A DNA stretch of 64,000 nt from Botryllus schlosseri (lineage: Eukaryota). The notes beneath the pieces were generated by a model. That model ran no database searches, was not told the DNA's origin, and saw only the letters and a program-made list of their open reading frames with translations. Location: NCBI GenBank assembly GCA_051294905.1, contig CM119371.1, positions 28,646,001-28,710,000 on the forward strand, written 5' to 3'. Positions within the stretch are counted from its first letter, which is position 1; every line of letters begins with the position of its first letter. The translations under genes were made by a program, and so were the position numbers. Shown here one piece after another: positions 25,650 through 37,173 of the stretch.

Positions 25650-26352
25650 CTGTAATTTTCCAAGTATAGTACGCCCCTATGTAAAATACGCATCCTTAAA
25701 ATAGCATGTAATATCTGTGAAAAAGCCTGTACCCGAGTATGGTGCGCACCCTGCAGTCGCGGTACATGAATAGCTGTGTTTTAGTATATGATGTCTGCTT
25801 TACGATGGCACTGCTCAACAATCATGACATAACTATCGCTAATCATTATGCAATTAATGGTATCGTCTCTAAACGATAGTAGAGAGCAACCAAAGCCTGC
25901 AAGGCTGGCGACGCGACATCTTGCGCACTAGGGCAGATGCGATTGCTAAGGTCAGCGGTTATGTCGTGCACACACGCCTGTTGGAAGTGCGACTGATTAC
26001 GGAAGCGATTGGATTTTTCGCAAATGGCCTGTCATTGAAGCGATGAATTAGCAAGAATTGCGCGCGCGTGCGCAGCAATCAATGAATGAACTAATTCCGC
26101 TCGCAAGCAAAAGGCAAACCAACTCAACAGGAGATTGCTAATTGGCAGCGCGCTACACTGATAATACGAATTACTGGGTACGATGGCTGAAAGTGATACA
26201 CGATTAGAAACAAACATGAAGAAAGGTGTGATTTCAAGTTTTTTATCGAGGGAGAATTTTTTAAGCGTGTTGTTCCCATGTATAATACGCACCCCCATAT
26301 TTTAGAACAAAAAATCGTGAAAATTTTGCGCGTAATACATGGAAAATTACGG
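25650..26352. mobile_element. Tc1/mariner-pogo-type MITE (TA TSD)
   Basis: TA|CTGTAATTTTCCA...TGGAAAATTACGG|TA; paralogous site near 51993 is empty with a single TA. Confidence 0.85.
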
Positions 26353-26559
26353 TAATTATTCTGGCCATCATAAAACTTCCGAACAAGTTGCTGCAATATT
26401 GATAAATTAAGTACAAAATTAAAGGTTACTTGTCAAAGAGCCATATCTTATACTCAAAAGAGCCATAGGTTCCCGACCACTGCCATATGGTTTGTTCAAA
26501 CCTGTTTTGATGACATTGTTACAATTACACGCTCCGTGTTTCAAAGCGTTACGTGACAC

Positions 26560-27281
26560 GCTTCCAAATCCCAAATTTGTAAAACGAGTCAATCAGTGCT
26601 TGTGATTAAATGATGAACGGGGAACGGGAGGACACGTGTCAAAAAAGGAAAGATTTGGGCCGTCGGCCGAAATTCCAAGAAGGTCCGGAGCACTAAATCT
26701 TCGTTAACTGGATTCAGGGGCGAATTTGTTCTTTTAGTTTGTGGCTTGCAGGTTGCTGTGGAGTATAATTTAAGTCGTTATTACGGCAAAAACACGAAGG
26801 CAGACACTCGGCTAAAACACCAAGCGAATTGCGGAAGCACTTCTAGTTTCCATCAACAACAAGGCTATTTCGCCTGGACACTAGGGCTGTTCAAAAATAA
26901 CTTTTTTTTTGGATTCCTGCCATTCAGTCATTAAATTGTCAGATTATCCTAAAAAAAGGCTGCAAACCAAATTTGGTTCAATTCTAACAAGTATCAGGCT
27001 CCGCAGATCTGTTTGTCTGTCTTTGGGTTGAAAAGGGTTTAAAATGTATCATGTTAACCATATTTTCCATTATGACTGCAATACAATATTATTCATTGTT
27101 GGTAAATTGTCTATTTCTCATTGCCTTCCACCCCGAGCAGCATGTATTAACAATGTAACTACTTTCAATTTACAAATACAATTAATACGTTGCATAATAT
27201 AGTTTAAAATTTTTACTTGGCCCACCAACGTATTTTCTGATTCTCATTTAACCTGCATGGAAAAATAATTGCCCATCCCTG
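26560..27281 (+). mobile_element. Decayed Buster/Charlie-like hAT remnant (N-terminal zinc-finger region), in both duplicated blocks
   Basis: Paralog ORF 52252..52503 reads K.KV....R....W...LFT...G..V.LVCGEQVAAEYNV.RYY, like the GTF2IRD2/SPIN-type N-terminus; ends ...TTGCCCATCCCTG at ~27281. Confidence 0.5.
26882..27010 (+). mobile_element. Truncated fragment of the 5461-6079 MITE family
   Basis: TAGGGCTGTTCAAAAATAACTTTTTT at 26882; not present in the paralogous block. Confidence 0.7.
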
Positions 27282-27661
27282 GTCTATATGGACTATTATT
27301 CCCGGAGCAATTTTTCTATTGATGTATTTGATGTATGGCAGGGGTTCTTAACACGGTGCCCGCACATAATTGTTTTGTGGCCAATAATTTGGACAATTTT
27401 ACATGCGAAGTTGAGAACATCTGTTGTATGATATACTGGTACGACAATTGAGCAGACGACTATCTAATAAAGTTCTTCCTTTAATTTAGTTTCACACTTT
27501 CATACATGTTAGGTAGTATAATACTATCATCGAGCCAAGTTATATGTGCCTAATTTAGTTGGTATAATTTGTGCCGAACACATTGGACTACAAGGACTTC
27601 GAACTCCGCGTAAAGAGTTTCCTGGAGTCAAATATTTCAATTTTTGACCACCTCAAGCTTC

Positions 27662-29194
27662 ATGGATATGAATGGCATCAAATATCATGAATGTGATATA
27701 CGCGGGAAAGAAATCCGCGGCAAAAGTCTTTTTAAGCGTCATATGGATGGGCATTCCGACATCAGAAATCATGAGTGCGATATATGTGGGAAAGAATTCC
27801 ACCGCAAAGATCATTTCAAGCGTCATATGGATGGACATTCCGACATCAAAAATCATAAGTGCGATATATGTGGGAAAGGATTCCACCGCCAAGATCACTT
27901 CAAGTCTCATATGGATTCACATGCTGACATCAGAAATCATAAGTGTGATATATGTGGGATAGAATACCGTTGCATACAAAACCTCAAGCGTCACATGAAT
28001 AAACATGCCGGCTTCAGATATCATAATTGTGAAATATGTGATAAAGCATTTATTCAGGAGCATCAAATCAAGTGTCACATGGATATACATACTGGCTTCG
28101 AAAATCATGAATGTGAGATATGTGGGAAAGAATTCCGTCATAAAAGTGACTTCAAATGTCATATGGATGTACATGCTGGAATCAAAACTCATGGGTGTGA
28201 TATATGTGGGAAAGAATTCCGTACAAAAATACACCTGAAGTATCATATAGATGTACATGCTGGCATCAGAAATTATAAGTGTGATATATGTGATAAAGCA
28301 TTCAGTATGAAGCAACAACTCAAGCGTCACATGGATGTACATGCTGGCATCAGAAATTATAAGTGTGATATATGTGATAAAGCATTCAGTACGAAGCATC
28401 AACTCAAGGGTCACATGGATTTACATGCTGGCATCAAAAATCATGAGTGTGATATTTGCGGGAAAGAATTCCATACGAAAAGTTATCTCAAGCGTCATAT
28501 GGATATACATGCTGGCATCAGAAATCTTAAGTGTGATATATGCGGGAAGGACTTCTGTGAGAAAAGTGAACTCAAGCGTCACATGGATGTACATGCTGGC
28601 ATCAAAAATCATAAGTGTGCTATATGCGGGAAAGAATTTTATGAGAAAAGTGTTTTTGAATGTCATGTAAATGTACATGCCGGCATCAAAAATCTTAAAT
28701 GTGATATATGTGATAAAGCGTTTAGTCAGAAGAACCTACTTGAGGTTCACATGGAAATACATTTTGACTTCAACAATCATAAATGCAAAATTTGTGGGAA
28801 AGAAGTCTGCCAGAAAAAAAATTTCGATCGTCATATGAGTTTACATGCTGGCATCAGAACTTATAAGTGTGATATATGTGGTAAAACACTGAGTCGAAAG
28901 AGTTACCTCAATCTTCATATGGTTATGCATGCTGACTTCAAACAACAAAAATGTGATATTTGTGGGAAAATATTCACTCAGGAAAATTACCTCAAGACTC
29001 ATGTGACGATACATGCTGATATCAAAGATCACAATTGTGAAATATGTGGGAAATCATTTACTTTGAACCGGTACCTCAAGAGTCATATGAATGTTCACGT
29101 TGGCATCAAAAATCACAAATGTGATATATGCGGGAAATTATTTACGCGAATAATTGGCCTCAAGGCTCATTTAAATATACATGCTCGCATCTGA
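27662..29194 (+). CDS. Tandem C2H2 zinc-finger protein, copy 1 (18 fingers, first degenerate), prematurely truncated
   Basis: 28-aa CxxC-x12-HxxxH repeats with HAGIRN-type linkers; first ATG at 27662; TGA at 29192-29194 where the paralog has AGA. Confidence 0.88.
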   Translation: MDMNGIKYHECDIRGKEIRGKSLFKRHMDGHSDIRNHECDICGKEFHRKDHFKRHMDGHSDIKNHKCDICGKGFHRQDHFKSHMDSHADIRNHKCDICGIEYRCIQNLKRHMNKHAGFRYHNCEICDKAFIQEHQIKCHMDIHTGFENHECEICGKEFRHKSDFKCHMDVHAGIKTHGCDICGKEFRTKIHLKYHIDVHAGIRNYKCDICDKAFSMKQQLKRHMDVHAGIRNYKCDICDKAFSTKHQLKGHMDLHAGIKNHECDICGKEFHTKSYLKRHMDIHAGIRNLKCDICGKDFCEKSELKRHMDVHAGIKNHKCAICGKEFYEKSVFECHVNVHAGIKNLKCDICDKAFSQKNLLEVHMEIHFDFNNHKCKICGKEVCQKKNFDRHMSLHAGIRTYKCDICGKTLSRKSYLNLHMVMHADFKQQKCDICGKIFTQENYLKTHVTIHADIKDHNCEICGKSFTLNRYLKSHMNVHVGIKNHKCDICGKLFTRIIGLKAHLNIHARI

Positions 29195-29900
29195 AATCAT
29201 GAATGTGTAATATGTGGGAAGGTATTTACTCAGGAAAATGACCTCAAAGCTCACATGGACATGCATACTGGCATCAAAAGCCATAAATGCGATGTATGCG
29301 GGAAAGTATTTACCACAAAGAAAAACCTCGATCATCATGTGGATATGCACGTTGGTGTCAAAAGTTATAAGTGTGATGTATGTGGGAAAGTATTTATTTG
29401 AAAGAGTAACTACAACCAACATATAATTATACATTCTGGTGTAAAAAAGCATAAGCCATAAATGCGATGTATGCGGGAAAGTATTTACCACAAAGAAAAA
29501 CCTCGATCATCATGTGGATATGCACGTTGTTGTCAAAAGTTATAAGTGTGATGTATGTGGGAAAGTATTTATTTGAAAGAGTAACTACAACCAACATATA
29601 ATTATACATTCTGGTGTAAAAAAGCATGAATGTGAAATATGTGGGATAGCATTTACTAGACCGGGTCACCTCAAATGTCATCTGGATATACACATTGGCG
29701 TTGAAAGTCACAAGTGTGATATATGTGGCAAATCATTTAATAGGAAGGGTGGCTTCATGGTTCATATGGATTGACATGCTGGTACCAAAAAACCATAAAT
29801 GCGATATATGTGCGGTTGCTTTTTCTGAAAAGTGCTACCTCAAACACCGTGTGGACAAGCATGAGGGTGGAAAATTATATAAAATGTATGTTTGTATCAT
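29195..29900 (+). pseudogene. Disabled 3' remainder of zinc-finger copy 1
   Basis: Fingers continue past the stop, with TGG>TGA, a ~175-bp frameshifting tandem duplication (~29279-29453 repeated at ~29454-29628) and a further indel near 29770. Confidence 0.85.
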
Positions 29901-30469
29901 TGTTCAGGTACAATTGCCCTTGACATGAATCTTGCTAGCCCGAATGCATTTACTCAGGAAATTGAACAAAATTTTCATGCCGAAATCAATCCGAAAATTT
30001 TCGGCTGATTACCAAATATGATGTCACCGGCATGATCATTTCTTCTATACACCAACCAAGTTTGTGTAAACAACAGGAGTTCGTGTATCATTTAAAGATA
30101 TTACATTGTACTCAAACAAACTGTTTGCCTCGACTTTATTGTACTAGTGTCTTCAAGATTCACATGAATATGCAATTATGCATGCTGGCATCAATATCAT
30201 TATTGTGCGTTGCATTTTCTCCGTATTGCGCGACATGTTGATATACATGCACAATGATAAATGTTGTGTAAGGGGGAAAGGATTCTATTGTCAATGACCA
30301 TGAATGTAAGCTTTGTGACAAAAATAAAATTGAAGTGAAAATTTCGTTTCGTTGCTGTTATTTCATGGATTATCCGTTAATTTCAAGTATGTCAATATTA
30401 TCTCAATTTTCTTTGAATAAATTTTGTTGTCGGAATATTTCTTGATGAAAATCATTTTCTTGCATCGTT

Positions 30470-30792
30470 TTGGACGTCCAAATGTCCTCTTTTTTGATAA
30501 TTTTGGTTCAATATTGGGCAAAATTCGACTGAGATACAGTAAATCAGCACTGAAGAAACGCTCCGGCGGCTATTTCTGGAACTGGGCTGGAACGTTGACC
30601 TTTTATTTTTTAGTCAACCAACTGATAGTGTGAAAGAAAAACTGTATTTCGGGAGATGAGCCCCAAGGTTGACTTTTTTTTAGTCAACCGACCACGAAGT
30701 GGGAACAATTTACCATTTTTGAGCATTCTCCTCTGGTTTGGCAAGTCTGAAAAAGTGTCCTATTTTCAGATTTCCAAAATATGGCAACCCTG
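30470..30792. mobile_element. Partial MITE of the (T/C)AGGGTT(G/A)CCATA family
   Basis: Ends CAGATTTCCAAAATATGGCAACCCTG; similar to 62103-62491 and 63484-63945. Confidence 0.75.
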
Positions 30793-31698
30793 CCATATTT
30801 GAACTAATAAAATCTAGGTGAAAGTTCGAATAATGCGTTTCAAGCCTACAACAGAAAAAACACCATGAAAATCATTCATGGCCTTCTCTCGACGAAGGAC
30901 ATCGACGCCATAAATATAACAAGTTCCATAGCTTCAACCTTGGAGTCAGAATTTCCGCCTTTGATTAGTAAGTCCGAACTAAATCACCAAGTGCGTGTTG
31001 GTTCGGAATTATATCCATGTCAGAGATGTTGAAGTTGTCATGACTGTCAATATCTGTATCTTTAAGCCCTGTGGAGTCTTTTAGAGCATTTATTCCTGAT
31101 AGTTTGGGCAGTGAAAACTTACTGTAATACGAAACAAGTGCTTAAAAGGAGATGGCACATCAGGATATGCAGTGTCAAGTCATTTTTTAGTTATTCTAAG
31201 TCTTGGAATGTCACCCATACAGAAATAACAGCCTTCTATAAGGTCTCAAATTTCCCTTCAGAGTCTTTAATGGCAAATAACACTGAATGCCGATATCCCC
31301 TCAACCATCCATATTTCATCGGTATGTTTCGCAGATTACATGAAATGCCCAGTTGTTATCTTTGTCTCAATTTTCATGCCAAAGTAAGTCAAATGAAAAG
31401 CCTTACTTCTATCTATATTTAGTACTTAACTTGTTTCCAACAGATATACAGACCACAGATATAGCAAAACAGCCAGCAGGCAGATTACATTTGTGATGTT
31501 GACATTAATGATGAAATTAGACTCTCTACATCCGCAATCAGTGCATTAAAAGAACATTATGAAAAGGAATTTGAGATTGCTTTCTGTAGCCAATACTGAC
31601 TAACTGAGACGATGATTGTTATACTAACATACAACTATTATGAATTGAATTATGAATCAATGGGACGTCACAGTTGATAGGAAATTCAATAAAGGAGC

Positions 31699-32564
31699 CA
31701 GTGTTGGGATCAAGTCACTACCTTCGGGTCACGAGTCATTGCACATTTTGACTCGAGTCAAGTCAAGTCAATCGATTTTCAAAGGTGACTCAAGTCAAGT
31801 CACTCGATTTTTGGAGGTGACTCGATTCAAATCGAGTGGAGTCAAGTCACATTTCAAGTCAAGTTGCCTTTTCGAAGTATGAGGCATGATTACGTCATTG
31901 CAATTTGCTAGCTGTCTGAAATACAGATTGAGTGGTCATTGATTCCGAACCGATAAACGAATATAGAGTTAAATACGCACGCAAGAAGACGCTGCATCGC
32001 TCACATATACGTAAAACTATTAGACTACGTAAGTAATTGCATAGCCTCAGTTTATAGTTACCAGCCAAAATAGAGAATAGACAAACAAATTGATAAGATG
32101 CAATACATTACCCATTTACAAATAGATATGATAAAATTCGAGCATGCGTCGAGGACAATATAAACTATATTCGAATTCAATTCAAATAAAACAAGAGGTT
32201 TGGTAAAGGTAAAAGAACAGAATTAGACATTTTGCTATTTTAATACTACTAGAGTGAACGACAACGTAAGCTTCGATCACTTCGTTTGCGGTCAATTTAT
32301 TTATGAGAGAACAATCATGGCTCAGTGAAACGTTCGATCATTGAATGATTGATCGCTTTCAAGGGTTACACCGAACATATGCAAGATACAGTGATTTTTA
32401 TCGACACCGATTACTTGATGACTTGAAATTGACTCGTGAATTTTGCTCCGAGTCACGAGTCAATCCACATTTCTGATACGTCGAGTCAAGTCAAGTCATA
32501 CGAAAAAAGTGACTCGAGTCTGACTCGAGTCAAGTCATGATCGACTCGAGTCATCCCAACACTG
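31699..32564. mobile_element. MITE (CAGTGTTGGGAT ends, GACTCGAGTCAA-rich)
   Basis: TSD AAAGGAGC at 31691-31698 and 32565-32572; same family as 36457-42631. Confidence 0.93.
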
Positions 32565-34250
32565 AAAGGAGCTTGAAATATATGGTGCGGACAGACAGAC
32601 AGATTCTTTATTCGTACAATGAGAGTTCTCACAAATATGTAAACAAGACAAACACAGCTATACGACCACATCAAGATGTGTAGTCTTCAAGTCAGCTGTA
32701 GTCAAGGCGTAACGTTAGTAGCCTACATTTATATCATGCACCTGTCGGTCAGTAACACTTCAACAAATGATTAAACAGCAAAACGCAAAACAGTTGTAGT
32801 AGAAAAAAAAAACTGTAACACTAGTTCAAAATAAATAACAGATCATACTCTCGGATCTCTCGGTACTCTCGCATCTCAATATGTAGAAATTAGTTGAGAC
32901 TTAAAATTCCGACAGAATGATGCAAATGATAAACCTCTGTGCTCTATTGATAAGGATTAAGGAGTTCCAAATCCTTGGACTATAGAAATTAAACATGGAA
33001 CGGCAACGACCGATTTTGCAGCTTCGTTTCGCTTCGCCGGGGCTGGAGTGGAGAATTGTTTTGCGTAAGCGACTGTAGGATTTCTGGCAATCCAAACGCT
33101 ATCTTCCCGAGCGCAGTAATTATTTAATCTGGTCTTGATCGAAAGCTACTGTTGCACCGATTCCGAAAATATAAATTAAAATAATTATCAGGCGCTGATC
33201 CACCTAGAATCCGTCCTCTAAATCTGAAATATCGCCATTGTTCTCAAACAACTAGTGAAGAAATAGGGTCCTGATTTTGCTAGCAATGACATGAAATCAG
33301 TCATAAGGGCTGTAGCAGTAACTAAGAACTCATACGCTCGCATTAAAGCGTCGCCAGAAGGGAAAATAATGAGATTGCCTCTGCTGACAATGCTAGCCTT
33401 ATGGAGGCGAAATCACTCTGGCCAACCGTCCACAAGGGGCGCTAAAGCGGTGAGAATCGTTCATTCACCATGGTGATATCGGTCGGTACATGGTCTTGGC
33501 AATTTCATAGGTGCAGAGGTCGCGTACTTTCAATATGCCTAGGGATTTATATCTTGGAGAAAGACGCCCGTATCGGCCCATGCCACTTACAAACGGATAG
33601 CCCTATTTTGGAGAACTGCGATGTGATTCAAGTAGGTATCGTAAGTTAACCCCCAAAAGATGATTCCATAGTCGATGTGATAATGAAAAATATATATCTC
33701 TTAGTACAGATCTAGGGAGAATATGTCGCAAGCGAGCTATAATACCTACTGCCTGCGCTAATTTGCTGGCAAGAGCTGCTAGTTATGGCTTCCAACTCGA
33801 ATCTTTGTCAATACATAGTCCCAAATATTTGACATTATAGGGACTGCTGATAGTTTAACTTTGTCGATGGTCAAAAATGGAGAAGGTAACAAGATCTTAG
33901 GTCTGACATTGATAAGAAGGACTTGAGTTTTTGTTGCATTGATATTCAATTTATTGAGGCTCATCCAATGACAGATTTTTTTCATCTCAATATTGACTGA
34001 GTCTTGTAGAATACTCAAATTGTGGTCAGATTTATATAGGCAAGTGTCATCAGCTAATAAAGTAGTTGAGAATTTAGAGGCACCTGGTAGGTCGATTATG
34101 TAAATGATAAAGAAAAGGGGGCCAAGAGCTGAACCTTGAGGAACACCGCAAGTAATTTCGCTTAGCTCAGATTTCGTACATTGGTCACCAACAAATTGTT
34201 TGCGGCAATTTAGATATGACTTGAACAAGGCTAGCGGTGTCCCTCTAACC

Positions 34251-35355
34251 CAGGGGTGGGCAAACTACGGCCCGCGGGCCGCATGCGGCCCGCAACACCG
34301 TTCTGTGCGGCCCGCGAGAGTCTAAAGAAACTTTTTTTTTAATATTGATAAAATGCGTACTAAAAATCGAATTAACTATTTCTTAGTATATTTCACCATG
34401 ATAATTCTAAGACAGTGGTTCTCAAACTGGTGGGCTCGCTCCCCTTGGGGGTGTGAAAGCATCTGAAGGGGGACGCGAAGCTGAGCGCAACTGAAAAATT
34501 TTCGCGCTCCGCGCGATTTACATCGAATTCAAAGTTTTTGCTCTGTATTTAGTCTGAATTACGTATATTAAAAATCTCTCATCCACAGTCGTAACCTTCC
34601 ATGTCATCAAACTATCCGTTAGGTTTGCTAGCATCCTGGTTGCGTTTTGTGATATGACGATAAGGGGCGCGAAATCTTTTACCATCATAAAGGGGGGGGG
34701 GGCGTGTCTTAAAAGGTTTGAGAATCACTGATCTAAGGTAAATACTTAATATCACAGCGGGATAGCTGCAACGAGATTGACATAATTTGGATCACGAGTG
34801 GGATTTCAGATTGACCACTCCATTTTTAATTATTTCAGTGTTGTGCTTATAAAAAACGATTCGGGCGTGTCTTAGGTAGATTCGTTTGTATGCGTAGAAT
34901 TGGGGTAATTATATTTTATCTACACATAGTAGAAGCGTGTTTGAAGCTAACATGGTTATGATGCTGTCAGCATTGTGTGTCCTGGAACTTAACCAAAAGT
35001 GGAATTAGTAAATCTATGTACAGATCGCTGCTCACAGATTTAAATTTCAATCATGTTCTAAGAATCGGGCCAACCGACTTTCATCTCATCTCTATAGTTT
35101 TGACAATTTGGTTATTGAGGTCCGCCACCCTATGAAATCTCGCCACTACATGTTTTTGACGCGTGTACGATATCATCAAAGCAATGTTTGACTTATTTTA
35201 AATAAGCACTTACGTATATTATCTCCATGTCCTCACTATATAATCAAATATCAATATTGCGTTTTGGTTAATAATCCCAATTTTATATAGTGCGGCCCGC
35301 GAATGGATTCAGATGATGAATGCGGCCCGCGAGCTCAAAGGTTTGCCCACCCCTG
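34251..35355. mobile_element. Buster/Charlie-type hAT non-autonomous element
   Basis: CAGGGGTGGGCAAAC / GTTTGCCCACCCCTG; TSD CTCTAACC at 34243-34250 and 35356-35363; subterminal GCGGCCCGC motifs. Confidence 0.93.
34413..34730. mobile_element. Charlie-type MITE nested in 34251-35355
   Basis: CAGTGGTTCTCAAAC / GTTTGAGAATCACTG; imperfect TSD TTCTAAGA/ATCTAAGG. Confidence 0.8.
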
Positions 35356-36911
35356 CTCTAACCCCATTATGCCATAGTTTATTCCAGGGGTGGGCAACAT
35401 ACGGCCCGCGGGCCGGATCCGGCCCGCAAAGGGATTTTGTCCGGCCCGCGTACAGTTTTTCGTCTTACATGATAATGTGGCCCGCCGGCCCCAGTCTTCC
35501 GAGATTCCCCACTACTTGCTCACATACATTTTAGTGATTGTATGTTTTTATACATACGTATGTACCGCGAGCGAGGGGGGGGAGCTTACGCGTAAGTTCG
35601 TCGAAGCGAGAAGGCTTGCATTATCGGCATTATGATGCACTGAACCCTAATGTCATTTGTGGTAATAATGGTGTTTGTTGACGACAATGGTCAGGCCGAT
35701 ATTTCCTATTTTTGATTCTGTAACCGCCGACTTGTAGCACGGCGCACACTTCTAGGCTTTTGTAAGACACCGATTATGCCAGGTGTTGCCAACTGAAAAC
35801 GGGTCGCGGGTCAATTTCAAATTTCGAGGCCGCGACCGGCATGAATTCAATATCGAGATAGACAGGCCGCTCAGTTTAACAACCACGCTATCTCGTAACC
35901 TACTTAACCCTAATGCATTGATATCTTGGTAAGTTTGGGGTACCGGGCTTATTGAACGTCTTGAAATCTTAATGATGGATTGCACCGTGTGTTGATTGAT
36001 CAGAGAGAAGCAGACATGGTGGTACCTGTATGACAGGGGTGGCCAACCTGCGGCCGTAGAAGCAAATTTGTGCGGCCGTGGACACGTAATTCAATTAGTA
36101 GGTGGTGGCAGCCGTCGACGTGTAATTTGAATTTAGGAATTGACTCCCGATTTCTTGAAAGATTTTAATTATTCTTGTAAGTTTCTTCAATGCGACTTTA
36201 TTTTTCGATTTTGATATAGTTGCGCACTTTGCAATCAGAGCCCCACAGTACAGTTGCGAACAGATCCACTACATATAGAAACACCAACTCGGAATCGTGT
36301 ACTCCTCACTACATCGACAATCCTGACGGGAGGTCAAGACATGCAAAGAACAGCATGCAACAAAGTGACTAATAATAATTGACCTGCCCTGACTGACCCT
36401 CCACCAACTCTACCGGTGAATCTGATCACATGGGATGAGAAATAATACGTAGAACTCAGTGTTGGGATCAAGTCACTACCTTCGAGTCACGAGTCATTTC
36501 GAGTCATTGCACATTTTGACTCGAGTCAAGTCAAGTCAATCGATTTTCGAAGGTGACTCGAGTCAAGTCAAGTCACTCGATTTTTGAAGGTGACTCGAGT
36601 CAAGTCGAGTCAAGTCAAGTCAAGTCACGAGTCAAGTCACATTTCAAGTCAAGTTGCATTTTCGAATGCCTACGCCATTGCATTTTGCTAGCTGTCTGGA
36701 ATACAGATTAACTGGTCATTGAATTTGAACCGATGAACGAATATGAAGGTAAATATAAACGTAAGACGGCGCTGTATCGCTTACATATACGTAGAAATGC
36801 TGAACTACGCAAGTATAACGGCAAAGCCTCAGTATATAGTTACCAGCCAATATAGAGAATTGATAAGAAACGAATTGATAAGATGCAATACATTACCCAT
36901 TTACAAATGAA

Positions 36912-37148
36912 TGTGTGAATATCTCTTGCTGCTATCACTCTCTCTCTACTAGTATCCTTAAACGCATGAGCGATCTCGTCTTCTTGTTGTTGTGATTGCG
37001 CGACGTGTGTGCATGTATGTATCAGCACCCACGTCTTGTGAGTTATTGGAGTAATAGGGATTAGGTTAGTCGATGCAACTGTTCTTTTGTATTTCAGTTT
37101 GATCATTTATTACGGTATTTAACCTATGAATAAATGCAAAGTTGCACA
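36912..37148 (+). repeat. 5' LTR
   Basis: TGTGTGAATATC...AAAGTTGCACA; Inr-like TCAGTT at 37094-37099; AATAAA at 37129-37134. Confidence 0.96.
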
Positions 37149-37158
37149 TGATCAAACT
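37149..37158 (+). promoter_or_regulatory. Atypical primer-binding site complementary to LTR-internal sequence
   Basis: TGATCAAACT directly follows the LTR, lacks TGG, and is the exact reverse complement of AGTTTGATCA at 37096-37105. Confidence 0.75.
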
Positions 37159-37173
37159 TGATACAGATTAACA

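Larger units (their letters stand above)
16765..30470 (+). repeat. Segmental duplication copy 1 (paralogous to ~45205-56213)
   Basis: Colinear high similarity from TCTGT..CTTGGCCA.ATAGATATCT through the zinc-finger gene to AATCATTTTCTTGCATCGTT, with copy-specific TE insertions. Boundaries approximate. Confidence 0.93.
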
